This document shows, piece by piece, positions 1 through 10,543 of a DNA stretch of 64,000 nucleotides. The translations under genes and the position numbers were made by a program. The first letter of the stretch is position 1, and each line of letters starts with the position of its first letter. Source of the DNA: an uncultured Flavobacteriales bacterium (GTDB taxonomy: Bacteria; Pseudomonadota; Alphaproteobacteria; UBA8366; JADFVY01); assembly GCA_964347475.1 (NCBI GenBank), contig CAYFYY010000014.1, forward strand, positions 547 through 64,546, written 5' to 3'. The notes beneath the pieces were generated by a model. The model saw nothing but the letters and a program-made list of their open reading frames with translations, had not been told where the DNA came from and did not search any database.

Positions 1-146
<146 letters not shown>

Positions 147-172
147 CCCGCGCGACCCGGCGATCGAAATCG

Positions 173-210
173 GGACGGAGGTGGTCTTAAGACCACCCCG
201 TCCTTATCTT
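173..210 (+). terminator. stem-loop after phaA, putative intrinsic terminator
   Basis: GGACGGAGGTGGTC-TTAA-GACCACC(C)CGTCC hairpin (173-203, one bulge) followed by TTATCTT. Confidence 0.45.
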
Positions 211-280
211 GTAACGAGGAACGCCGCGCACGAAGAGGCGCGGGCGGCATCTTGGTTATGGTGACAGGGAGAAAAACGAT

Positions 281-1006
281 ATGGCACGTACGGCATTGGT
301 TACCGGCGGTACCCGCGGCATCGGCGAGGCGATCTCGATCGCGCTCCGTGATGCCGGTTACCGGGTCGCCGCGAATTACGGCGGCAACGACGAGGCCGCA
401 AATGCGTTCAAGGAGAAGACCGGAATTCCCGTCTACAAGTTCGACGTCGGCGATTTCGACGCCTGCTGGAAGGGCGTCGCGCAGATCGAGGCTGATCTCG
501 GCCCGGTCGAGGTGCTGGTCAACAACGCCGGCATCACGCGCGACGGCATGCTGCACAAGATGGACCGCGAGAACTGGCAGGCGGTTATCCGCACCAATCT
601 CGACAGCGCCTTCAACCTGACCCGCAGCGTCATCGAAGGCATGCGTGCCCGCGGTTTCGGGCGCATCATCACGATCAGCTCGATCAACGGCCAGAAGGGC
701 CAGATGGGCCAGGCGAACTATTCGGCGGCCAAGGCCGGCGTCATCGGTTTCACCAAGGCGGTGGCGCAGGAGAATGCCTTCAAGGGGATCACCGCCAACG
801 TCGTCGCGCCCGGCTATATCGGCACCGAGATGGTGCGCGCGGTGCCGGAGGACGTGCTGAACACCAAGATCATCCCGCAGATCCCGGTCGGCCGCCTCGG
901 CGAGCCCGAGGAGGTGGCGCGCTGCGTCGTCTTCCTCGCCGCCGACGAGGCCGGCTTCATCACCGGCTCGACGCTGAGCGCGAACGGCGGACAGTACATG
1001 GCGTGA
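281..1006 (+). CDS. phaB: acetoacetyl-CoA reductase (SDR family)
   Basis: 241 aa. Has TGGTRGIG Rossmann motif, NNAGITRD, S...YSAAKAG catalytic motif and the typical C-terminal GSTLSANGGQYM. Sits next to a thiolase. Confidence 0.95.
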   Translation: MARTALVTGGTRGIGEAISIALRDAGYRVAANYGGNDEAANAFKEKTGIPVYKFDVGDFDACWKGVAQIEADLGPVEVLVNNAGITRDGMLHKMDRENWQAVIRTNLDSAFNLTRSVIEGMRARGFGRIITISSINGQKGQMGQANYSAAKAGVIGFTKAVAQENAFKGITANVVAPGYIGTEMVRAVPEDVLNTKIIPQIPVGRLGEPEEVARCVVFLAADEAGFITGSTLSANGGQYMA

Positions 1007-1046
1007 TCGTGGGCGGCGGGGGCATCGCGCCTCCCGCCGCGCCCGC

Positions 1047-1832
1047 TCACAACAGGAACCGGATTCCGATGCTCAGCGTGTGGCTCTGGATGCCTTCCTG
1101 GACGAACGGCGTGCCCGAGACGGTCCGCAGCTCTAGGTCGTCGGTCTCGAAGTAGCGATAACCGATATAGGTCTCCGAATTCGAGGCCGCGTTCGAGAAC
1201 GCGATGCCGGCCTGAACCTGCCAGGCCTCGGCGAAATCCCAGTCGTCGACGACCTCGTTCTCGGTCGAGAAGCAGATGATGATACAGACCGATTCATTGT
1301 ATTCGACCTCGAGCCGGCTGAAGCCGTAGCCGGCCCCGAGATAGGGCCGCGCCCTGCCCCAAGGCGGCAGGTCGACGAAGACGTTCGCCATCGGGCCGAC
1401 GGCCCAGATGCCGCCCGAGTAGTCGAGGGGCACGAACGGGGCGCCGGGCCCGAGGTCGAGGCTGCCGGCCCTGAAATATTGAGCGTGGAGTTCGGCTTCC
1501 AGCCGCACCATTCCCGCCAGCCGATAGCCGAATCCGAAACCGGTCCCCAGACTCCAGTCGAGATCGACGTCGAAGCCGCCATCCGTCGTCGGATTGGCCG
1601 AATCGCCGACGTCCCAATTCCAGAGGTAATAGAAACCATCAGACCAAGCCGGCAGCGGCTGGAACGGCGGCGGCGGTGGTGGCGGCTGCTCATGCTGCGG
1701 CGCAGGGTGCGGCGGCGGCGCGGGGTGCGGCGGTGGCGGTTCGTGATCGGCGGTGGCGGCGGTCGGCGCCAGCAGGATCGATGATGCCGCCAGGGCGGCT
1801 GTGATGACGCCGGTAATGCGGTGGTTCATCAT
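1047..1832 (-). CDS. outer-membrane beta-barrel protein with Pro/His-rich N-terminal spacer
   Basis: Trimmed from ORF 1047..1985 to MMNHRITGVITAALAASSILLAP (signal peptide), with AAGGAA SD upstream. Alternating aromatic/Gly strands and terminal ...IGIRFLL (aliphatic Leu terminus, not the canonical aromatic Phe/Tyr/Trp) fit an OMP_b-brl type barrel. Confidence 0.7.
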   Translation of the reverse strand: MMNHRITGVITAALAASSILLAPTAATADHEPPPPHPAPPPHPAPQHEQPPPPPPPFQPLPAWSDGFYYLWNWDVGDSANPTTDGGFDVDLDWSLGTGFGFGYRLAGMVRLEAELHAQYFRAGSLDLGPGAPFVPLDYSGGIWAVGPMANVFVDLPPWGRARPYLGAGYGFSRLEVEYNESVCIIICFSTENEVVDDWDFAEAWQVQAGIAFSNAASNSETYIGYRYFETDDLELRTVSGTPFVQEGIQSHTLSIGIRFLL

Positions 1833-1986
1833 GCGGAATTCCTTTTTTGAGCCGGGCGCCGCGACCGCTCGAGCGAGGGCACCCGCAATGCGTTGCCCGT
1901 TGCCTAGCAGGGTGACTCTGAACAAAAGATGAATGAGGCGGAGTCGCGGCGACCGACTTTGCCGCGTTCCAGCGCTTAAATGCAAG

Positions 1987-2007
1987 GGCGGCGCCTTGGG
2001 CGCCGCC
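1987..2007 (-). terminator. perfect 9-bp GC hairpin downstream of hsp20
   Basis: GGCGGCGCC-TTG-GGCGCCGCC, 37 nt after the hsp20 stop. On the minus strand it is followed by CUUGCAUUUAAG. Confidence 0.4.
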
Positions 2008-2043
2008 GAGTCGTGCGAAACGGGAAGGAGGTCGGCCCGCCGG

Positions 2044-2574
2044 TTATTTCGTGGCGGCGACCTTGATCTTTCTGCCCGCCTTCTTTGGTTCGGTCTTCTT
2101 CGGGACCGTCACGGTGAGCACGCCGTCCTCGAACGACGCTGCGATCTTGTCGGGCAGCGCCGCCTCGGGCAGCCGGAAGGTCCGTTCGAAGGAGCCGTAG
2201 CGACGCTCGGTCAGGTGGTAGTCCTCCTTGTCCTCCTTGCGCTCGGACCTCTTCTCGCCCTTGACAGTCAGCATGTCGTCGCGAAGCACCACCTCGACGT
2301 CGCTCTCCTTCATGCCCGGCAACTCCGCGGTCAACCTGACCTCCTTGTCGTCTTCCGCGACATCCACCGCCGGCAGCAGCTCGCCACGCCGGCGGCCCAG
2401 CAGCCAGCTGGGCTCGTAGTGGCGGAACAGGCTCGGCGCGCGGCGCTCGAAGCCGGTGAAGAACTCGTCGAACAGATGGTTCATCTCGTCCCTGAGACCG
2501 GTCAGCGAATCGAACACCGTCGGGGTCCGCTCGCCGTTGCCGCTCTCTCGTCTCGGGGTGATTTTCGTGGCCAT
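2044..2574 (-). CDS. small heat-shock protein, Hsp20/alpha-crystallin family
   Basis: 176 aa. Alpha-crystallin core PAVDVAEDDKEVRLTAELPGMKESDVEVVL...GVLTVTVPK. Confidence 0.93.
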   Translation of the reverse strand: MATKITPRRESGNGERTPTVFDSLTGLRDEMNHLFDEFFTGFERRAPSLFRHYEPSWLLGRRRGELLPAVDVAEDDKEVRLTAELPGMKESDVEVVLRDDMLTVKGEKRSERKEDKEDYHLTERRYGSFERTFRLPEAALPDKIAASFEDGVLTVTVPKKTEPKKAGRKIKVAATK

Positions 2575-2633
2575 CGAAATCCACCTCCTTTCGGCAGCAT
2601 ATACGTCCCATCTGGAGACATCGTTACTGGATC
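2575..2633 (-). promoter_or_regulatory. possible ROSE-like RNA-thermometer leader of hsp20
   Basis: Minus-strand leader ...GAUGUCUCCAGAUGGGACGUAUAUGCUGCCGAAAGGAGGUGGAUUUCGAUG. UCUCC can pair with the GGAGG SD. The 3' end resembles the GGAGGAUUUGGCUAUG end of Bradyrhizobium ROSE as I recall it. Confidence 0.3.
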
Positions 2634-2639
2634 ACACTC

Positions 2640-2670
2640 AGATAGGAATTGCGATGATTTGCGTCAATTG
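2640..2670 (-). promoter_or_regulatory. RpoH (sigma-32)-type promoter of hsp20
   Basis: Minus strand reads TTGAC-N16-CCTATCT, matching the alphaproteobacterial CTTG-N17-CYTATNT heat-shock promoter pattern. Lies about 65 nt upstream of the start codon. Confidence 0.4.
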
Positions 2671-2807
2671 CCGCGAAAATTCGCGCGAGACTTGCGGCCC
2701 ACCGCAGGACGGGGCACATTTCGTGCCACCGGACGGACTGTTTCACAACGCTTATACGGTTTCCGCGCTTGTCTGAAATCAACGAGGCGACTCCGCCGGG
2801 AGGTGGG

Positions 2808-3362
2808 ATGGACTGCCGCGATTACCAGCCTTTTGTGCCCGATCTGGAAAACCCCTATCCCGGCCGTCCCGGGGCGGGCATCACGGACTTCGTCTATCAT
2901 ACGCCGCTGCACCTCTGCCGCTGTATAGAGGCCGTACAACGCCGTGATGGCGCAGACGCTCACTACATCGTTGCGCGGCCCTACACGGTCCGGTACGGCT
3001 GTAACGAGGGCGGCCGCGAGATCACCGTGCCCGAGGGGATGGTCACAGATCTGGCTTCGGTACCTTGGATCGCGAGGATTTTCGTCGGGCGCGTCGGTCC
3101 GCATCTTGAGGCCGCCATCGTCCACGATTTCCTGTACATCGCCTGGCAAGACCTGCCCGATCACGGCGCTCGGCCGGAAGACAGAAAATTCGCTGATCGG
3201 TTGATGCGCGCCGCAATGACGGCGGCCGGAGTTGGCTATCTGAAACGATGGCTGATCTATGCGGCGGTCCGGATATTCGGCGCAGGCGCGTACGCCCGGC
3301 GTGACCCGGTCCGCTACGTCAGGGACGATACGGGCGCGCGGAGCGACAGGCCTGCCGGCTGA
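2808..3362 (+). CDS. DUF1353 domain protein
   Basis: VPEGMVTDLASVPW...AAIVHDFLY is the DUF1353 signature. ATG 2808 has a GGGAGG SD. The track's TTG 2769 start has no SD. Confidence 0.7.
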   Translation: MDCRDYQPFVPDLENPYPGRPGAGITDFVYHTPLHLCRCIEAVQRRDGADAHYIVARPYTVRYGCNEGGREITVPEGMVTDLASVPWIARIFVGRVGPHLEAAIVHDFLYIAWQDLPDHGARPEDRKFADRLMRAAMTAAGVGYLKRWLIYAAVRIFGAGAYARRDPVRYVRDDTGARSDRPAG

Positions 3363-3433
3363 TTATCGGCCCTCCGTGTCATCGCGCCCGCGACGGCGAC
3401 ACTTGCGGCCCGCCGCAGGGCGGGGCCGCGTGT

Positions 3434-4129
3434 TCACCGTTCGGAATTCGGCACGGTGGCCAGGGCCAACAGCTTCTGTGCTGCTTCCGGTTCGACGTCA
3501 TAACGCGAGACGTACTCGTCCAGCAGCGCAATGGCGTGCGACGCCTCGCCGAGCTGGGTGTAGGACAGGGCAAGGGCGAGTGGCTGCTGCACGTAGTTGA
3601 AGAAGCCGAACCGCCTCGCTGTTGCGGATTTCATGCGCTCGAGAAGTGCGACGAGGTCGGAGACGCCATTGACCTGACGGTACCAGTCGAAAGCCACCGG
3701 TATGGCCTTCTTCGCGATCCTGTCGGCTTGCTCCGATACGTCCCGTGCCGTTCCCAAAGAGCTGAACACCCAGGACTCCAGCTCAGGGCCCGGCGCGTCG
3801 ACAGAATCGATCGGATCCCGGACGACATCGATCCGCGCCGATTTTTCGGTGCGATGCCATACCAGGGTCCGGCCCCGTATGCCCGGGCAATAGTTCAACG
3901 AGAATCCCCATCGCGGACTGAAGCTGTTTCCCTTCAAAGCCACAATCTGGAAGACGTCGCGCATGTCCGCCAAACGCGAGCGAACCCAGCGTCGCCGATC
4001 GGTCTTGACGAAGCCGGCCGATTCCAGTGGCGCACCGAAATGCGCCTGGACGAGCCCATCGATCTCCGCGGCCGAAATTGGTGCTGTCTGGGGAATGTCG
4101 CCAGCCAGTTTTCGAAACCAGGCTTTCAA
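3434..4129 (-). CDS. hypothetical protein (DUF4304-like N-terminal part, helical C-terminus)
   Basis: ORF 3434..4255. I prefer the TTG at 4129 because AGGAGGAT lies 6 nt upstream, but GTG 4255 remains possible. No family recognised with certainty. Confidence 0.5.
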   Translation of the reverse strand: MKAWFRKLAGDIPQTAPISAAEIDGLVQAHFGAPLESAGFVKTDRRRWVRSRLADMRDVFQIVALKGNSFSPRWGFSLNYCPGIRGRTLVWHRTEKSARIDVVRDPIDSVDAPGPELESWVFSSLGTARDVSEQADRIAKKAIPVAFDWYRQVNGVSDLVALLERMKSATARRFGFFNYVQQPLALALSYTQLGEASHAIALLDEYVSRYDVEPEAAQKLLALATVPNSER

Positions 4130-4332
4130 CGCAGGATCCTCCTGATCGGGCGGCGCGAATTGTTTATCTATAGTCGAAAGGTGGCCAGCCGCAAGCTGAG
4201 CCGCAGGGCTGCAATCGGCATCAGCACCGTACGGGCAGAGCCGTTGGCGGATCACTGCCCTTGCCGACCAAGCCCGAACGGGGCAAGCTCTCTTGCGACA
4301 GGTCGAAATCGTCGAACGCCGGGAGGGCCGCC

Positions 4333-5962
<1,630 letters not shown>

Positions 5963-5966
5963 TCGG

Positions 5967-6434
5967 TTGGCCAGCTATTCCTATGATCTTTTCGCCGATT
6001 ATGTTCAGTTCTACCTGCAGGACGGGCAGGCCGAGGGTAATCTCGCGGATGCCTGGACTGAGGAGGCAGTCGCAAACCTACTAGCGGTTGCACCTCGCAC
6101 AATTGGCGTAGGGACCGTTCGCAATACGGATGTACCGGTCACGATTGAGGTCTGTGACGCGGAGCCGACGACGGATTTGACACCATGGGATCACGTCATG
6201 GAGTGCGATATCGACATTCCCTCGGGCCGGCTCGTTGTGGCGGGCTGTACCGAATACTTTCCCGATGCAGAACGCATCACCCTTGAGCCAGGACACTATC
6301 GGGCACGAATTCTCTATGGAGCTCTCGACAATCTGAGCGAAGACGGCCGTGATGGGGACGATCACTACAGCGTTTATTTTTGGAAAGCGGCCGCTGCAGG
6401 GGTCCGAGTAGTCAAGCGGCGGCAACATGACTGA
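5967..6434 (+). CDS. hypothetical protein, ComJ/Nin-like (nuclease-inhibitor/immunity-like fold suspected)
   Basis: TTG start 8 nt after GGAGGAG. 155 aa. Pattern [16 protein letters not shown]...WTEEAV...[12 protein letters not shown] parallels B. subtilis ComJ/Nin as I recall it. GC is about 57% by hand count versus over 70% in the flanks. Its stop overlaps the hutH start (ATGACTGA). Confidence 0.55.
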   Translation: MASYSYDLFADYVQFYLQDGQAEGNLADAWTEEAVANLLAVAPRTIGVGTVRNTDVPVTIEVCDAEPTTDLTPWDHVMECDIDIPSGRLVVAGCTEYFPDAERITLEPGHYRARILYGALDNLSEDGRDGDDHYSVYFWKAAAAGVRVVKRRQHD

Positions 6435-7959
6435 CACCCTAATCCTCACCCCTGGGCAGATGACGCTGGCGCAGCTGCGGCGGCTCGCGGCCGGCGGCGT
6501 CGCGGGGGCGCTGGACGAGTCGTGCCACGAGGCCGTCGCGGCGGCCTCCGCCCAGATCGATGCGATCGTCGCCGAGGACCGCACCGTCTACGGCGTCAGC
6601 ACCGGGTTCGGGCTGCTTGCCGACAAGCGCATTCCGCAGGACGAACTGGCGCTCCTGCAGCGCAACCTCGTGCTCTCGCACTGCACCGGCAGCGGCGCGG
6701 CGCTGGAGGACGACGTCATCCGGCTGGTGCTGGCGCTCAAGGCGGCGGCGCTGGCACGCGGCCATTCCGGGGTGCGGTGGGAATTGATCGACGCCCTGCT
6801 GCGCCTGCTCGACGCTGAAGTCTACCCCGTGATCCCGTCCAAGGGGTCGGTCGGCGCATCCGGCGACCTCGCGCCGCTGGCGCATCTGGCGGCGGCGCTG
6901 CTCGGCGTCGGCGAGGTGCGCTACCATGGCGAGACCCTGCCCGCGGTGTTCGGGTTGAAGCGGGCCGGCCTCGCCCCGCTCGTCCTCGGCCCCAAGGAGG
7001 GCCTCGCGCTGCTCAACGGCACGCAGGTGTCCACCGCGCTGGCGCTCAAGGGCCTGTTCGCGGCCGGCGACGGCTTCGCCGCGGCGGCGGTGGCCGGTGC
7101 GCTGTCCACCGACGCCGCCCAGGGCAGCGACGTGCCGTTCGACCCGCGCATCGCCGAGATCCGCGGCCAGGCCGGGCAGATCGCCATGGCCGAGGTCTAC
7201 CGGCGGATCATGAAGGGCAGTCGCATCCGCGAGTCCCACGTCGACTGCCCGCGCGTGCAGGACCCCTACTCGCTGCGCTGCCAGCCGCAGGTGATGGGCG
7301 CCTGCCTCGACCAGATCGCCCACGCCTCAGTGATCCTCGAGCGCGAGGCCAACGCGGTGACCGACAACCCGCTGCTGTTCCCAGACGCCGGCGACGTGCT
7401 GTCGGGCGGCAATTTCCACGCCGAGCCGGTGGCGATGGCGGCCGACAACCTCGCCCTTGCGATCGCCGAGACCGGAGCGCTGTCGGAGCGCCGCACCGCC
7501 CTCCTGATGGATCCTGGGTTCAGCGGCCTGCCCGCATTCCTCGCCGCCGAGGGCGGCATCAATTCCGGCTTCATGAACGCCCAGGTGGCGGCGGCGGCGC
7601 TGGTCTCGGAGAACAAGTCGCTCGCCCATCCGGCGAGCGTCGACAGCCTGCCGACCTCGGCCAACCAGGAGGACCACGTCTCGATGGCGACCTACGCCGC
7701 CCGGCGACTGGGCGACATGGCGGCGAATCTGTCCGAGATCGTGGCGCTCGAGCTCTTGTGCGCGGCCCAGGGCATCGAGTTCCACCGGCCGCTGAAGAGC
7801 TCTGCGGCGCTGGAGGAGGTGGTGGCGGAGATCCGCGCCCGGGTCGCGCCGTGGGACGCCGACCGCTATTTCGCGCCGGATCTGGCGGCGGTCCGGACCC
7901 TGGTGTCGGGCGGCGGCTACCGCCGCTTCGTGCCCGGCCTGCTGCCGGACGGGGACTGA
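6427..7959 (+). CDS. hutH: histidine ammonia-lyase
   Basis: 510 aa. GSVGASGDLAPLAHL (the ASG triad that forms the MIO cofactor). Confidence 0.95.
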   Translation: MTDTLILTPGQMTLAQLRRLAAGGVAGALDESCHEAVAAASAQIDAIVAEDRTVYGVSTGFGLLADKRIPQDELALLQRNLVLSHCTGSGAALEDDVIRLVLALKAAALARGHSGVRWELIDALLRLLDAEVYPVIPSKGSVGASGDLAPLAHLAAALLGVGEVRYHGETLPAVFGLKRAGLAPLVLGPKEGLALLNGTQVSTALALKGLFAAGDGFAAAAVAGALSTDAAQGSDVPFDPRIAEIRGQAGQIAMAEVYRRIMKGSRIRESHVDCPRVQDPYSLRCQPQVMGACLDQIAHASVILEREANAVTDNPLLFPDAGDVLSGGNFHAEPVAMAADNLALAIAETGALSERRTALLMDPGFSGLPAFLAAEGGINSGFMNAQVAAAALVSENKSLAHPASVDSLPTSANQEDHVSMATYAARRLGDMAANLSEIVALELLCAAQGIEFHRPLKSSAALEEVVAEIRARVAPWDADRYFAPDLAAVRTLVSGGGYRRFVPGLLPDGD

Positions 7960-7965
7960 AGCAGC

Positions 7966-8772
7966 GTGGCGGCCGAGCCCTTCCTGTTCCGCGGCGGACG
8001 GATCCCGCTGCTGGTCAGCATGCCGCATGTCGGCACGCATATTCCGGACGAGATTGCGGCGGACCTCACCGAAGAGGCGTGCACGGTCCCCGACACCGAC
8101 TGGCATGTCGACCGGCTGTACGACTTCCTCGACGATCTCGGCGCGTCGGTGATATCGGCGACCCATTCGCGCTATGTCGTCGACCTCAACCGTGCGCCCG
8201 ACGGCGCCGACCTCTATCCGGGCCGGGACACGACGGAGCTGTGCCCGACCTCGGGCTTCTTCCGCCAGCCGCTCTACCGCGAGGGGCGCCGGCCCGACGC
8301 CGCCGAAATCGCGCGACGCGTCGCGGTGCATTGGCAGCCCTACCACACCGCGCTCGCCGCCGAGCTGGAGAGGATCAAGGCCCTGCACGGCGCCGCGCTG
8401 CTGTGGGACGCCCATTCCATCGCCTCCGAGGTGCCGCGCTTCTTCGACGGACGGCTGCCGGACCTCAACCTCGGCACCAATGGCGGCGCCTCCTGCGACC
8501 CCGCGCTCGCCACGCGCGTCATGGCGGTGGCCGAGGCGGCGCAGGGCTACAGTGCCGTGCTCGACGGCCGCTTCAGGGGCGGCTACATCACCCGCCATTA
8601 CGGCCGGCCCGCGGACGGAGTCCACGCGATCCAACTCGAGCTGTCGCAGCGCACCTACATGGACGAGGGCGCCCCCTTCACCTTCCGCGACGAGCTGGCC
8701 AATCAGGTCCGGCCGGTCCTGCAGGCCATGCTCGAGGCAGCGCTCGCGTGGGTCGCGCAGCGCAAACCGTGA
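7966..8772 (+). CDS. hutG: N-formylglutamate amidohydrolase
   Basis: 268 aa, GTG start. FGase family pattern PHVGTHIP...VVDLNR...IQLELSQRTYMDE. Lies in hut context together with hutF. Confidence 0.9.
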   Translation: MAAEPFLFRGGRIPLLVSMPHVGTHIPDEIAADLTEEACTVPDTDWHVDRLYDFLDDLGASVISATHSRYVVDLNRAPDGADLYPGRDTTELCPTSGFFRQPLYREGRRPDAAEIARRVAVHWQPYHTALAAELERIKALHGAALLWDAHSIASEVPRFFDGRLPDLNLGTNGGASCDPALATRVMAVAEAAQGYSAVLDGRFRGGYITRHYGRPADGVHAIQLELSQRTYMDEGAPFTFRDELANQVRPVLQAMLEAALAWVAQRKP

Positions 8773-8871
8773 ACGCGCCGCCGCGCGGGAATATGCTGCT
8801 GCCATACCGTGTAAGCGGTGTCGGGGTTGCCCGCATTCTGACCCCGACAACCAGACAGTGGAGGCTGAATC

Positions 8872-9495
8872 ATGATTCGACTGGTCGTAACGTCCGTAAC
8901 GGCGCTCCTTGCGGGACTGTCCGCGGCGAATGCGCAGGCGCCTGCCATGAGTTTCTTCATCACCAGCGCGGGACCCGGCAACGGCGCCGATCTCGGCGGG
9001 CTCGACGGTGCCGATGCCCATTGTCAGGCGCTCGCCGAGGCGGTGGGTGCCGGCGGTCGGACCTGGCGCGCCTATCTGAGCAGCGAGGAGGGAAACGCGC
9101 GCGACCGCATCGGCGACGGTCCCTGGCACAACGCCAAGGGCACACTGATCGCCAGCGATCTCGCGGCGTTGCACAGCGACGCCAACGCCATCAACAAGCA
9201 GACCGGGTTGACCGAGTCCGGGACGATGGTGAACGGGCGCGGCGACAGCCCCAACCGCCACGACATCCTGACCGGGTCGACCCCGGACGGCACGCTGGCC
9301 GCGGGCAAGACCTGCAACGACTGGACCCACAGCGGCGACGGCAGCGCGATCGTCGGCCACCACGACCGCATCGGCCTGCGCGACGATGCGCCGTCGAAGT
9401 CGTGGAACTCGTCGCACGGCTCGCGCGGCTGCAGCCAGGACGCGCTGCGCGGGACGGGCGGCGACGGCCTGTTCTACTGCTTCGCGGCCGACTGA
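8872..9495 (+). CDS. secreted endostatin-like / C-type-lectin-fold protein
   Basis: Signal peptide [21 protein letters not shown] with GGAGG [31 protein letters not shown] parallels endostatin [28 protein letters not shown]. Four Cys are at equivalent positions. Confidence 0.75.
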   Translation: [207 protein letters not shown]

Positions 9496-9553
9496 CGTCG
9501 GCCCGGGCGCCCGCCGTTCACGGCCGAGATGGCGGGCGCCGCGCAGGGGCGCA

Positions 9554-9754
9554 ATGTACGTCTTTCTGAGCGGTGCCGGCCTGCTGGCGGCGCTGGCCGG
9601 CCTGTTCTGGCTCAAGGACCGGCTGCGCAGCCCTCTGCTCGCCCGGCTCGCCTATTCGGGGCTTGTCGCCCGCCTCGCCGTGATCGGCGCCGCCCTGTCC
9701 CTGGTCGGTCTTCTCCTGATGCTCGCCGACTGGGCCGGGCGTCTGCTGGCTTAG
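9554..9754 (+). CDS. small two-TM membrane protein (hypothetical)
   Basis: 66 aa from an internal ATG of ORF 9386..9754. Two hydrophobic helices and high GC3. Weak SD. Confidence 0.4.
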   Translation: MYVFLSGAGLLAALAGLFWLKDRLRSPLLARLAYSGLVARLAVIGAALSLVGLLLMLADWAGRLLA

Positions 9755-9909
9755 CTGCCGTGGGCCGGCCGTAATCCGCCCCTCATCGTATTGCGACGGG
9801 TCGCCGCCTTCCCGAATGTCGGTTCCGGTGTTTTAATCCCGGCACGGGGCGGCTAGGCTCATCGGGAGCGGCCGCCCGGCCGGTAATCATGTTGTTCCCG
9901 GGAGATGCC

Positions 9910-10536
9910 ATGAGCGAACCGTCGCCGCGCCTCGAAGCCGCCTTCGCCGCCTTCGACGAGGCCAACGCCGCCGATCCGAATACGGTCGAAGCCGACGGTC
10001 GGGAGTGGCCGAAGGAACTGGTCTACGCGCGACAGATGACGCGGTGGCTGGCGCGCTTCGCCCCGGACGCCTCGGAGGCCCTGCAGCTCGCCGCGCGCTG
10101 CCAGCACATACGGCGCTGGGAGATCCCGCGCGATGCCTATCCGCGCGACCGGGTCGGGTACCTGAAATGGCGCACCGAGCTGAAGCACATGCATGCCCGC
10201 ATCGCCGGAGAGATCCTGCAACGGGCCGGCTATGACGACGCGATAATCGCCCGCGTCCAGTCGCTGCTGAAGAAGGAGCGCCTGAAGAGCGATCCGGAGG
10301 CCCAGACGCTGGAGGACGTAGTCTGCCTCGTCTTCCTCGAAAACTGGTTCGCCGAGTTCTCGCAGCAGCACGCGCCGGACAAGGTGGTCGACATCGTCGC
10401 CAAGACCTGGAAGAAGATGTCGCCGGCCGGCCATCGAGCGGCACTCGACCTAACAGTCGTCCTGCCCGACGACGCGCGGGCACTGGTCGAGCGCGCCCTG
10501 GCCGCGGGCCAACCCGCCGCGCCGCAACCACGATGA
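9910..10536 (+). CDS. DUF4202 domain protein
   Basis: ARCQHIRRWEIPRDAYPRDRVGYLKWR...LEDVVCLVFLE is the DUF4202 core. ATG at 9910. Confidence 0.75.
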   Translation: MSEPSPRLEAAFAAFDEANAADPNTVEADGREWPKELVYARQMTRWLARFAPDASEALQLAARCQHIRRWEIPRDAYPRDRVGYLKWRTELKHMHARIAGEILQRAGYDDAIIARVQSLLKKERLKSDPEAQTLEDVVCLVFLENWFAEFSQQHAPDKVVDIVAKTWKKMSPAGHRAALDLTVVLPDDARALVERALAAGQPAAPQPR

Positions 10537-10543
10537 GGAGCCC

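Noticed and set aside
7327-9615. 762-aa minus-strand ORF
   Set aside because: Antisense to hutH, hutG and the endostatin-like gene. Low-complexity R/A/G composition, so a GC artefact.
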